A model generated the notes under the pieces. That model did not search any database. It was given only the letters and a program-made list of their open reading frames with translations, and was not told the origin of the DNA. Below are positions 30,324 to 38,992 of a stretch of 50,189 nt of DNA, piece by piece. The stretch's first letter is position 1. Every line of letters begins with the position of its first letter. This DNA comes from Myxococcales bacterium (GTDB lineage Bacteria > Myxococcota_A > UBA9042), in contig JBBISH010000035.1 of assembly GCA_037441385.1 (NCBI GenBank), positions 1 to 50,189 on the forward strand, read 5' to 3'. A program made the position numbers and the translations under genes.

Positions 30324-30770
30324 ATGGCACAACATTCCGTAGAGTCCGTGGACCCCAAGGCCCACACCATCACGCTGGCGCTCGACCTGCAGCTGTACCC
30401 GTTCGACGTGGTCTACGGCGCAGCCTACGTCTTTATCGACCGCTGCTACGTGCTGCTCGACAAGACCGCCGGCCGCTGCCTGATCCACCTGCGCGGCAAA
30501 ACCGAGTTGAGTGAGAAGGAGCTTCTGGACCTGTCGGGCGAGTTTGGCAACGAGCTGTTGAGCCAGGCGCTGCGCCGCAAGATCGTCAAGCAAAACCAGA
30601 AAATCATTGAAGAAATCACCACCCAGGCCATCGCCGGGGCGGCGGGCGGGACTCTGCCCACCGACTTCTTGGATTCCAGCGACGACGGCATGGACTTCTT
30701 GGACGATCCGCTGGGCATCGCCGTGCCGTGGGAAGACAAGTTCAAGAAGAAATCGGCCGAGCAGCCCTAA
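30324..30770 (+). CDS. hxsD: His-Xaa-Ser system protein HxsD-like
   Basis: 'LDLQLYPFDVVYGAAYVFIDRCYVLLD' and 'GEFGNELLSQALR' resemble the HxsD F.NEL....LR motif; located in an operon with hxsB. ATG 30324. Confidence 0.75.
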   Translation: MAQHSVESVDPKAHTITLALDLQLYPFDVVYGAAYVFIDRCYVLLDKTAGRCLIHLRGKTELSEKELLDLSGEFGNELLSQALRRKIVKQNQKIIEEITTQAIAGAAGGTLPTDFLDSSDDGMDFLDDPLGIAVPWEDKFKKKSAEQP

Positions 30771-30788
30771 CCGCAGCGAGAGGTTCCC

Positions 30789-31025
30789 ATGAGCCAGGCC
30801 CAGACGGCTGTGGTGCGGCTGCACCGTGGCCTTTACATGCAGCAGGCCATCAAGGAAGCGGCGAATACCTTTGCGGATTTTGCCAGCTTCAAGATCGTGC
30901 GCGACGGCGAGCACTACGCGGTGACCGTGTCGGACATCGACGCCGAGGTCGAGGGCGACGTGGTGGCCGAGTTCTGCAACTTTGCCCTGCACAACACCAT
31001 GCAACGCAAGAAGAAAAGGATATAG
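30789..31025 (+). CDS. Short HxsD-like protein (78 aa)
   Basis: GAGG RBS; 'LHRGLYMQQAIKEAANTF..EFCNFAL' parallels the LY..AA..F..EF.N..L pattern of the upstream HxsD. Confidence 0.7.
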   Translation: MSQAQTAVVRLHRGLYMQQAIKEAANTFADFASFKIVRDGEHYAVTVSDIDAEVEGDVVAEFCNFALHNTMQRKKKRI

Positions 31026-31028
31026 CGC

Positions 31029-32543
31029 ATGCAGCTGAGCGACGTGATTTCGCTGGGCCGGGTCAAGGCCGACTTTGCGATGCCCTTCAACCACCGCGCC
31101 ATCGGCGGGCGCTACGTGGTCAGCAATGACCTGGGCGATCACCTGTTTTTGACGCCCGACGAGCTGCGCCGCCTCTACGAAGGTGACACTGTACCGGGCG
31201 ACGGCCTGTACGAGCGCCTGGTGCAAGCCAATTTGGTGGCGGCCAAGGTCGACGTCAAAGCCCAAGCCGAGCGGTGGAAGCGCAAGCACCAATACCTGTT
31301 CTACGGCCCCACGCTGCACGCATTTGTGCTCACGCACCGCTGCAATCACGGCTGCCAGTACTGCCACAGCTCGATCGTGGGCATGGACCGCACCGACACG
31401 GACATGAGCATCGAGACCGCGGAGCGCGCGGTCGACCTGGTGTTCCAGACCACCAGCCCAGGCGTAAACATCGAGTTCCAGGGCGGCGAGCCGCTGGCCA
31501 ACTGGGACGTGCTGCAGCACATCGTGGAGTACGCACGGCAGAAAAACGCGTTGGCGGGCAAGACGTTGTCCTTCTCGCTGGTGACCAACCTCAGCCTGAT
31601 GGACGACGACAAGCTGGACTATCTGATCGACCGCAAGGTGCAGCTGTGCACGTCGCTGGACGGCCCCGAAGACCTGCACAACAAGATCCGCATCTACAAG
31701 GACGGCAATGCCCACGCCTCGGTGGTGGGCTGGATGAGGAAAATCAACCAGCGCTACAAAGACATGGGGCTCGACCCCAACCTGTACCGCGTGGAAGCGC
31801 TGCCCACGGTGACGCGGCCGGGCCTGACCCGCTGGAAAGACATCGTGGACCAGTACGTGGAAGTGGGCTGCAAGGCGATCTTCCTCCGCAAGCTGGATCC
31901 GTTTGGCTTTGCGGCGCGCTCGTACAAGACGCTTGGCTACACCATGGACGAGTTCCTGGATTTCTACGCCAACGCGGCCGAATACATCCTGGACTTGAAC
32001 AAGAAGGGCGTGCAGGTGATGGAGCGCCACGCGGCGCTGATGCTGGCCAAGATCCTGACGGATCAAGAGCCAAACTACCTGGATTTGCGGACCCCCGGCG
32101 GCGCCTGCATCGGCCAGATTGGCTACGCGCCCGACGGTAGCATCTACTCGTCGGACGAGGGCCGCTTTGTGGCGTCGATGGGCGACGAGATGTTCAAGAT
32201 CGGCACGGTGGCGGACACCTACCACCAGTTGATCACCAACGCCCACACCCGCGCGATGGTGATGGCCGGCCTGAACGACACCCAGCCCGACTGCGTGACG
32301 TGCGTGTACAAGCCGTGGTGCGGCCAGCAGGTGGAGTACAACTACAAGACCCAGGGCAGCCTGCAGGGTCGGATGCGCGACTCGGTGTGGTGCAAGAAAC
32401 ACAAGCGCGTGTTCGACTGGCTGATGGCGCGTCTGGAGCGGGCCGACGCCGAAGAGATGAAGATCTTCGAGCGCTGGACGTCGACCCGCGTGCTCGACCA
32501 CTACCTGCAGGATCGGTCGGCGCTGGATTCGCCGTCATTGTAG
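31029..32543 (+). CDS. hxsB: His-Xaa-Ser system radical SAM maturase HxsB
   Basis: N-terminal 'YVVSNDLGDHLFL'; CNHGCQYC; 'IEFQGGEPL', 'TSLDGP..LHN', 'YLDLRTP', 'GSIYSSDEGR'; SPASM-like CVTCVYKPWCG..C. Confidence 0.88.
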   Translation: MQLSDVISLGRVKADFAMPFNHRAIGGRYVVSNDLGDHLFLTPDELRRLYEGDTVPGDGLYERLVQANLVAAKVDVKAQAERWKRKHQYLFYGPTLHAFVLTHRCNHGCQYCHSSIVGMDRTDTDMSIETAERAVDLVFQTTSPGVNIEFQGGEPLANWDVLQHIVEYARQKNALAGKTLSFSLVTNLSLMDDDKLDYLIDRKVQLCTSLDGPEDLHNKIRIYKDGNAHASVVGWMRKINQRYKDMGLDPNLYRVEALPTVTRPGLTRWKDIVDQYVEVGCKAIFLRKLDPFGFAARSYKTLGYTMDEFLDFYANAAEYILDLNKKGVQVMERHAALMLAKILTDQEPNYLDLRTPGGACIGQIGYAPDGSIYSSDEGRFVASMGDEMFKIGTVADTYHQLITNAHTRAMVMAGLNDTQPDCVTCVYKPWCGQQVEYNYKTQGSLQGRMRDSVWCKKHKRVFDWLMARLERADAEEMKIFERWTSTRVLDHYLQDRSALDSPSL

Positions 32544-32604
32544 CCTGCCACATAGGCACCGCCGCGCCGACCTGCTAGACTGAGGCCGCTTGCAGGAGGC
32601 CGGC

Positions 32605-33336
32605 ATGTGGCACAGAGGCGACAACTTCACGCGACGGCGCCACTTGGCGCTGTTCCTGGCGGCAACCGCTTTGGCGGCCGCACCGGCATGGGCGGATCCC
32701 GATCCTGCACCCATCCCTGATTCCGCGGCCAGCAGCCCGGCCAAAGGCGATGCGTCCGAGGCGCCCCCGCTGGCGGCACCGCAGCCGCGCCCGCCGGCTC
32801 CCGTTGACCCCGGCGCCACGCCGCAGCCGCGGCCAAAGCCAGGTGAACAGGTCAATGTCCACGGCATCGGCGTGGCCGGCAGCTTTGCCACGGGCACCGG
32901 TCTGACCTACCGCCGCTACTTTGGCAATACCTCGATCCAGGCCAGTTGCCTGGCGATCATCACCGACCGCGGCAACGAGGCCCTGGCCTTCGTCGGCGCG
33001 TCGCTGGTGCAGTACGTGCTGATCTGGCACACACCCAACTCGCGGGGGCTCATGCCGTCGACCACCGCCCTGCGCTTGACGACCGGCGCGCACTACTACC
33101 TGCGCAAAACCACCAGCACCGAGTGGAGCTTCTCGCAGGGCATCGGCACGCCCACCACGACCACGACCCGCGAGTCATCCGTGAACATCGGCGCCGGCAT
33201 CGGGGCCGAGTTCGGCGGCATCGTCGCCCCTGGGTTCTCGCTTTCGCTGGATCTGCTGCTGGTGGCGGCCTTCGATCAACAGGGCCTGTCGTACATCTTG
33301 CCGCTGCCGCAATCGGCACTGGTCTACAGTTGGTAG
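32605..33336 (+). CDS. Secreted protein, predicted small outer-membrane beta-barrel (paralog 1)
   Basis: AGGAGG RBS; signal peptide ending 'AWA'; Pro-rich linker; alternating amphipathic strands; C-terminal 'VYSW'. Confidence 0.7.
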   Translation: MWHRGDNFTRRRHLALFLAATALAAAPAWADPDPAPIPDSAASSPAKGDASEAPPLAAPQPRPPAPVDPGATPQPRPKPGEQVNVHGIGVAGSFATGTGLTYRRYFGNTSIQASCLAIITDRGNEALAFVGASLVQYVLIWHTPNSRGLMPSTTALRLTTGAHYYLRKTTSTEWSFSQGIGTPTTTTTRESSVNIGAGIGAEFGGIVAPGFSLSLDLLLVAAFDQQGLSYILPLPQSALVYSW

Positions 33337-33345
33337 GAGGCGGAG

Positions 33346-33984
33346 ATGAACAGGCAAGCGATTCTTCGGGTAATCCTGCTGACGGCGGTGCTGGCGCTCA
33401 CGCTGGGCAGCTCGGCGCAGCCGGTGCAGGCGCAGACCGCCAAGGTGCTGGTGGGGCACGAGAGCCAGGTGCAGAACAACACGCACGGTCTGGGCGTGGC
33501 CGGCGACTTCAAGGGCGGTCTGACCGGCTTTGCCTACCGCCACTACTTTGGCAACCACAGCCTGCAGGTCGACCTGCTGCCACTGTATGCCGATAGAGGC
33601 AACTACCTGGCGATGTACTTTGGCGCGCAGTACATCAACTATGCGCTGGTCTGGTCGGGGGCCCGCCGCGGCGCGCTGCTGCCCACAACCACCGCCCTTC
33701 GTTTGACCTTGGCCGGCTCGGTGCACGCCGAACGCGACCAGCAAACCGCGATCTCGGTCGACACCACCAACTGCCAGACCCAGCAGTGCAAGGACATCAC
33801 CAACGCCAAGGCGGCGGTGTCGGTCATGTACGCGGTCGCGGGCGGTTTTGGTTTCGAATTCGGCGCCGTACAGCGTTCGGGCTTCTCGGTGGCGGTCGAC
33901 TTGATGATGACCGTGCTGTGGGATCGCGTCGGCTTCTACGGCGCCTACCCGCTACCGTACGCATCGCTCATGTACTCGTGGTAA
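33346..33984 (+). CDS. Secreted protein, predicted small outer-membrane beta-barrel (paralog 2)
   Basis: AGGAGG RBS; signal peptide; shares 'HG.GVAG.F..G.T/F.YR.YFGN.S.Q', 'P.TTALRLT', 'G.G.EFG', 'PLP..L.YSW' with the upstream gene. Confidence 0.72.
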   Translation: MNRQAILRVILLTAVLALTLGSSAQPVQAQTAKVLVGHESQVQNNTHGLGVAGDFKGGLTGFAYRHYFGNHSLQVDLLPLYADRGNYLAMYFGAQYINYALVWSGARRGALLPTTTALRLTLAGSVHAERDQQTAISVDTTNCQTQQCKDITNAKAAVSVMYAVAGGFGFEFGAVQRSGFSVAVDLMMTVLWDRVGFYGAYPLPYASLMYSW

Positions 33985-33986
33985 GC

Positions 33987-34024
33987 GCCCGTGCAAAATC
34001 TAGCCGATTTTGGCGGGCCCTTTC
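33987..34024 (+). terminator. Possible intrinsic terminator
   Basis: Imperfect hairpin GCCCGtgCAAAATC-tagcc-GATTTTG-GCGGGC followed by a short pyrimidine tract, immediately after the stop and between convergent genes. Confidence 0.4.
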
Positions 34025-34097
34025 CTCCTGCTGGGTGGGTCGCAAGTGCGCGGCCCTATGAGCCGGCGCACCGCTCCACACATACACGATCAACGAC

Positions 34098-34952
34098 CTA
34101 TTTTTCACTGCTCCTAAGCCGCCGCCAGTCGTGGCGCTGGCCGGTCATGGCTTCAAAGGCCAACGCCGCTTGGGCTAGGAGCATTTGCAGCCCCACGCCC
34201 ACGCGCAGCCCAGGCTGGCCTGCGCTGGCCAGCGTGATTTCCGCCTGTTGCGCTTGGCGCTCGAACCAAGTCAACCCGGTGCGGGCATACACGATATCGA
34301 CCACATCGATTGGGCGCACGTGCCACTGGGCCCAGGGCAGCCAACCCCACGCCGATGACTCGGGCTCACCCGATTGGCCGTGTCCCCAACGAGTTGCGTG
34401 AATCACCACCGTAGCGTGGGTCACCGGCTGCCCCCACGGGGCAGTTTGACCACCGACTGCTTCGGCAAGAGCCCGCGCCGCCTGACCATCGCGACCGGTC
34501 AGCCAGACCTGGGCACCCAGGCCGACCATGGTCTGGGCCAGCGCCAGCGCCGCGCCGCCCGTGCCCAGGATCCACACCGTCTGGGCGGTCCAAGGCTGGA
34601 GGTCGGCCAAGACCTCGGCCAGGCCGGGACCGTCGGTAGAGGTACCCCACAGCAGCGGGCCGCGACGCCACACCGTGTTGACGCTGCTTGGCCGCGGCGC
34701 GCCTCCCACGTCCGCAGCGCCAGGCCAGCGATCAATGGCAGCGGCGGCCAAGCGCTTGTAGGGCGTCGTGACGCTGGCGCCAGCGAGATCGCCACTACGC
34801 AAGAGCGCCTCGACCTTGGGCCAAGGAACGCCGTCGAGCAGGCGCGAATCGCCAGAAAGCCCAGACATGGCAATCAGTTGGCGATGTAGGTGCGGCGAAG
34901 GCGAATGGGCAATGCCAACACCGGCCAAGGCCAAGTGCAGCGACGGAGTCAC
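34098..34952 (-). CDS. aroE: Shikimate dehydrogenase family protein
   Basis: 'IAHSPSPHLH', 'SVTTPYK', 'VNTV', 'STDGPG', 'ILGTGGAA', 'DIVY', 'GLQMLLAQA'; GTG overlaps the ribF stop (GTGA). Confidence 0.85.
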   Translation of the reverse strand: MTPSLHLALAGVGIAHSPSPHLHRQLIAMSGLSGDSRLLDGVPWPKVEALLRSGDLAGASVTTPYKRLAAAAIDRWPGAADVGGAPRPSSVNTVWRRGPLLWGTSTDGPGLAEVLADLQPWTAQTVWILGTGGAALALAQTMVGLGAQVWLTGRDGQAARALAEAVGGQTAPWGQPVTHATVVIHATRWGHGQSGEPESSAWGWLPWAQWHVRPIDVVDIVYARTGLTWFERQAQQAEITLASAGQPGLRVGVGLQMLLAQAALAFEAMTGQRHDWRRLRSSEK

Positions 34953-35875
34953 GGCCCCCCCAAAATCGCACGGGCCTGCTGAGCGTCCCTGCCGATTTGC
35001 GCGACCAAGTCGGCCAGCGAGGCAAACTTCTGCTCGCCGCGCAGCCGCTGGACGAACGCCAGGCAGCGCTGCTGCCCATACAAATCGCCGACCCAATCCA
35101 GCAAATGAGCCTCGACCTGCCAGCGCTGGCCGTCAAAAGTCGGCCGCATGCCGCAATTCGTCACGGCCGGGTGCCAACGGCCGTCGGCCAGTTGCAGCCG
35201 ACAAGCGTACACGCCAGCCGCGGGCTGGATCTGGTGGGGTGCGCTCACATTGGCCGTGGCGAAGCCGATCGTGCGACCGCGGTGATCGCCGTGCACCACC
35301 TCGCCCTGCAGCACAAATGGCCGAGCGAGCAGTTCCGCCGCTTGCGCGACCTCGCCCGCCGCGATCGCCCGCCGCACCCGCGACGAAGACACGACCTCAC
35401 CGGCGATCTGCACGCCCGACCAGGCCTGCACGTCGGCCCCGACCTCGGCGGCGGCCTGCCGCAGCAACTCTACGTCCCCTTGGCCGCCGTGGCCAAACCG
35501 CGTGTCGGGCCCCACCACCAACGATCGCGCACGGAGCGCCTCAAAAAGCACATCGCGAGCAAACCAGCTGGCGCTTTTGGCGGCGATCGCGTGGTCGAAT
35601 TGCAGAACGAGCGCCAGGTCAACACCGCACGCGGCCAGGTTATCCAGGCGCAGTTCCAGGCTGTCGATCGCGCGCGGCGCGCGGTCTGGCCGGAGCACCG
35701 TCAGCGGGTGAGGGTCAAAGGTCACCACTGTGGCCGGGCCGCCCAGCCGGTCGGCTTCGCTGCGCACATGCGCCAATAGCGCGCGGTGGCCTACGTGGAC
35801 CCCGTCGAAGTTGCCGAAGGTGACGGCCGAGGCGGCCGGCGAGCGGACCTCTGCGAGTTCGCGAACGACTTGCAC
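34949..35875 (-). CDS. ribF: Bifunctional riboflavin kinase / FAD synthetase
   Basis: 'GNFDGVHVGH', 'TFDPHP', 'VSSSRVR', 'GRTIGFATAN', 'EAHLLD', 'LRGEQKF'; GGAG RBS before GTG 35875. Confidence 0.96.
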   Translation of the reverse strand: MQVVRELAEVRSPAASAVTFGNFDGVHVGHRALLAHVRSEADRLGGPATVVTFDPHPLTVLRPDRAPRAIDSLELRLDNLAACGVDLALVLQFDHAIAAKSASWFARDVLFEALRARSLVVGPDTRFGHGGQGDVELLRQAAAEVGADVQAWSGVQIAGEVVSSSRVRRAIAAGEVAQAAELLARPFVLQGEVVHGDHRGRTIGFATANVSAPHQIQPAAGVYACRLQLADGRWHPAVTNCGMRPTFDGQRWQVEAHLLDWVGDLYGQQRCLAFVQRLRGEQKFASLADLVAQIGRDAQQARAILGGP

Positions 35876-36205
35876 AGCACTCCCAAAGGCTGGCCAAGAT
35901 GCACACGGTGCGCCAGCAGCGGCAAGGGAAGCGCAGGCGCCCCAGGTTGTCAAACACCCCCGCGTGCCGTGGGCGCAAACCGACGAAACAGCGACAAGGC
36001 CCCACTTGGCGCGGCGCACAGGCGGCGGTATACTCAAACGCGAGGGCGGACTACTGCAAGCGGTTCGCACTCGGGTGGATGGGGCAGGCACAACCAGTCT
36101 GCCCATTCGATGCGTCGGCCCGACAGCCAAGCAGCAGCGCCCTTGGCCAGTGACCACTTGGCCGGTGACCAGGGCAGCCCCCCGTCGGCGCGAATTCGCA
36201 ATCCA

Positions 36206-36218
36206 CAAGGTGTTGATT
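36206..36218 (-). promoter_or_regulatory. IHF-binding consensus match
   Basis: Reverse complement AATCAACACCTTG matches WATCAANNNNTTR exactly, within a divergent intergenic region. Confidence 0.4.
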
Positions 36219-36360
36219 CAGAACTTGGTAGTCGTTCGCAGATTACGCGACTTGGGCAACCAGCGCGCTGCCGCGAACCGGTGCGATGGGCGGACCTTGC
36301 GCAGGCCGCTCCAGACCGCAAGCAAGGCGCCCGGCGTTCGGCGTCGAAGATGGAGTCAGG

Positions 36361-37608
36361 GTGAGTGCCGTATTGATTGACCTTCGCGCACGTCCAGTCT
36401 GGTCCGCGAACGATTCTGCAGATTTCGAGTTGTTGGCGGTGCAAGCGCAGGCGCGCGGGCTGGACGGGTTGGCCATCCTTGCCGAAGGAAGAGCCGTGGT
36501 CCCGCCCGACTTGGCGGAACTGAGCGCCGCCACAGGCGTCCGTTTCTTTGTGGGCGTAGAGCTGGCTTCCGACGCGGGCCCGCTGCTGTGCTTCCCGCAG
36601 CAGGCGGCCGGTTGGTTCGCCGAGCAGGGCTGGCAGTCGCTGGGCGATGCGCCCTACCGCGCCGAAGCGGTGGTGCAAGCCTTTGCCGAGCAAGGCGGTG
36701 CGGTGATCGCCGTGCCGGTAGCCGGTGAGGCGGAGTGGCGCCCTGTGCGCGGGGCGGCGGCCGTGTTGGCCCTGGGCGGCGCCCAGCACCAGATCGACGA
36801 GGGCGCTCTGCGCGTCGCCCAGGCCGGGCGGTTGGCCTGCGTCGCCGGCAGTGCCGCTACCCCGGCCGACAGCTGGTTCGGAGCGGTGGCCACGGTGTTC
36901 GCCACGCCGCCGGCGGATCAAGCCACCTTGGTAGAAGGCCTACGCGCCGGCCGGGCTTGGCCCGCGGAGCTGGGCTGGACGCCACCGGCGCCGCGCCGGG
37001 CGGCTCCCCCGGCCGCGGAACCAGCCGGCGAGAGCGCGCCGGCTCCGGGCGAGGCGCGGCACGAGCGCCAACCACGCGAGCGCACACGCGAAATGCCGGC
37101 AAAGGAAACGCCGACTCCGCGCGCCAAGCCGGTCAAGAAGACGCCCAGCCGCTACGACGCCCTGGAGCGTCCGGGCGACAACCGCGGCAACCGCATGAAC
37201 CGCGACGAACTGCTGCAGGCCCTGTGCATGCCTGCCAATGCCGAAGATATTCAGCCGACCCACGACCCAGTGGCGATCATCTACGGTATCGACAACCGTC
37301 GCCAGCAACGCCACCGCGATCGCAATGACGTCGATCTGGATCGGCTGGTCAACGGCAACCGCTCCAAGGGCCCCGATCCCAACATCATGGCCATGCCGTC
37401 GTTCGAGGAACTGCGCAACGACCGCCAACCGATCAGCACGCTGTTTGCGCAAAGTGAAGAGCGCCACGATCTGGAAGACAGCATCGCGCTGCGCTTTGCC
37501 CTGTCGCACGTGCGCCGCGAGGAAGATGGAACGTTGACGTTGCAGGGCAACCCGCTGGATCGCGGTCGCATGTCGCAGCGCGGCCGCCAGCAGCGGCGCC
37601 GACGCTGA
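36361..37608 (+). CDS. Degenerate PHP-domain protein with Pro-rich linker and charged C-terminal region
   Basis: GGAG RBS, GTG 36361; 'LIDL', 'ARGLDGLAI', 'FVGVEL', 'GGAVIA', 'AGS' follow the PHP layout, but His/Asp ligands are replaced. Confidence 0.7.
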   Translation: MSAVLIDLRARPVWSANDSADFELLAVQAQARGLDGLAILAEGRAVVPPDLAELSAATGVRFFVGVELASDAGPLLCFPQQAAGWFAEQGWQSLGDAPYRAEAVVQAFAEQGGAVIAVPVAGEAEWRPVRGAAAVLALGGAQHQIDEGALRVAQAGRLACVAGSAATPADSWFGAVATVFATPPADQATLVEGLRAGRAWPAELGWTPPAPRRAAPPAAEPAGESAPAPGEARHERQPRERTREMPAKETPTPRAKPVKKTPSRYDALERPGDNRGNRMNRDELLQALCMPANAEDIQPTHDPVAIIYGIDNRRQQRHRDRNDVDLDRLVNGNRSKGPDPNIMAMPSFEELRNDRQPISTLFAQSEERHDLEDSIALRFALSHVRREEDGTLTLQGNPLDRGRMSQRGRQQRRRR

Positions 37609-37654
37609 GTTGGGGTGCGGCCCGCTGAGCGCGAGAGAACGGCGCGAACGCGGA

Positions 37655-38962
37655 CTACCGCCCTTGGCTTTGAGCCAAGCCCTGAAAGATTCTTATAAAA
37701 TCGGGCCACGACGTGCCGATCGCCTGGGTGTCGGCGACGGTGACTGCCGCGGGTCCTACCAAACCGGCGATCGCCGCGCTCATCGCCATGCGATGGTCCA
37801 AACCCGCGTCGAAGACGAAGGGGGTGCGCGACCAGTCGCTGGCGCTGCCTTGGCCGCAAACGATCAGATCGTCGCCCTCGGCGCGGGCTTTGACACCCAA
37901 AGCCTGCAACAGCGCAAGCGTTTCTACCAAGCGATCGCTTTCTTTGTGGCGCAATTCGCCCACTTCGCAGAAACGTGTGGTGCCGGTGGCTGCCGCGGCC
38001 GCGAGCGCAAGAATCGGCACTTCATCAATCAAGGCCGGCACCTCCGCGGCCGTGATCGTGGTGGCGGCCAGCGCGCTCGACCGGCAGCGCAGGCCAAGCG
38101 TCGGCTCGCCCGCTACCGGCCCGAGATCCTCGATCGCGCAGTCTCCGCCCATGCGTTCGAGCACGCGGAGCCACCCCAAACGCGTTGGATTTCCGCACAG
38201 TTGCGGAACCAAAACCTCTGCCGAGGGGTGCAGCAGCGCGGCCACAGCGGCAAAGGCGGCCGAGGAGGGGTCGCCAGGAATGCGCCATTCGCCCATAGCC
38301 TGCAGCTGACATGGACCAAGTTCCCACGCCCCGTCCACCTGTTGCAGGGGCGCCCCCATCGCCCGCAGCGCTCGCTCGCTGTGGTCCCGGCTAGGCAGGG
38401 GCTCGCGGACCCGCGTCCGGCCTTCCGCGCGCAATCCGGCAAGCAAAATGGCAGTCTTGACCTGCGCGCTCGCCACGTTCAGGGCAAGGTCGGCACCGAA
38501 TAGGGGGCCACCGGTCACAGTCAGCGGCGCCATTCCCCCGGGGGACAGGTCGATGTGCGCCCCCATGTGCGCCAGGGGCTCGGCCACCCGCCGCATCGGC
38601 CGTCGCGACAGGGACGCGTCGCCCACGAGTCGCGCCATGAGACCAGGCTGGCCTGCCAGGGCACCCAAAAAAAGGCGCATGGTGGTCCCCGAGTTGCCGC
38701 AGTCGAGGTCCCCTGGTGGCGAGCGCCAGTCGGGCGTACCGTGGACCACAACGGCCTCGCCGTCGCGCGCGATCGCCACCCCCATCTGGCCCAGGCACCG
38801 CGCTGTGCTGGCCACGTCGCCGCCGCTCGACAGCCCCATGACACGGGTCGTGCCGTTCGCCAGGGCCGAAAACAGCAGCGCGCGGTGCGAGATCGATTTG
38901 TCGCCCAGCAGCGGCACCTGGCCGAGCAGGCGGGAGGGCCTGGCGAAGGTCTGGGCGGGCAT
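37655..38962 (-). CDS. aroA: 3-phosphoshikimate 1-carboxyvinyltransferase (EPSP synthase)
   Basis: 'GDKSISHRAL', 'DCGNSGTTMR', 'SAQVK', 'RDHSE', 'PGDPSSAAF', 'IDEVP', 'ELRHKESDR', 'DHRMAM'; GGAG RBS before ATG 38962. Confidence 0.97.
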   Translation of the reverse strand: MPAQTFARPSRLLGQVPLLGDKSISHRALLFSALANGTTRVMGLSSGGDVASTARCLGQMGVAIARDGEAVVVHGTPDWRSPPGDLDCGNSGTTMRLFLGALAGQPGLMARLVGDASLSRRPMRRVAEPLAHMGAHIDLSPGGMAPLTVTGGPLFGADLALNVASAQVKTAILLAGLRAEGRTRVREPLPSRDHSERALRAMGAPLQQVDGAWELGPCQLQAMGEWRIPGDPSSAAFAAVAALLHPSAEVLVPQLCGNPTRLGWLRVLERMGGDCAIEDLGPVAGEPTLGLRCRSSALAATTITAAEVPALIDEVPILALAAAAATGTTRFCEVGELRHKESDRLVETLALLQALGVKARAEGDDLIVCGQGSASDWSRTPFVFDAGLDHRMAMSAAIAGLVGPAAVTVADTQAIGTSWPDFIRIFQGLAQSQGR

Positions 38963-38992
38963 CGCGAACTCCGCGAAGAGAAGGCAAAGGAG

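Noticed and set aside
29973..32501. 842-aa minus-strand ORF and similar long overlapping ORFs (4483-6288, 26681-28174, 41718-43604)
   Set aside because: Lie opposite genes with clear family motifs and have no recognisable motifs of their own.
33991..34401. ORF containing 'AHRSTHTRST' as a possible HxsA precursor
   Set aside because: Only one true HxS, no repeat array, begins inside a terminator-like hairpin and mostly overlaps aroE antisense.
36030..36360. FMN riboswitch upstream of ribF
   Set aside because: Conserved RFN motifs (AGGGCGGGGTGAAATTCCC, GGATGGGAGA) are absent on the ribF strand.
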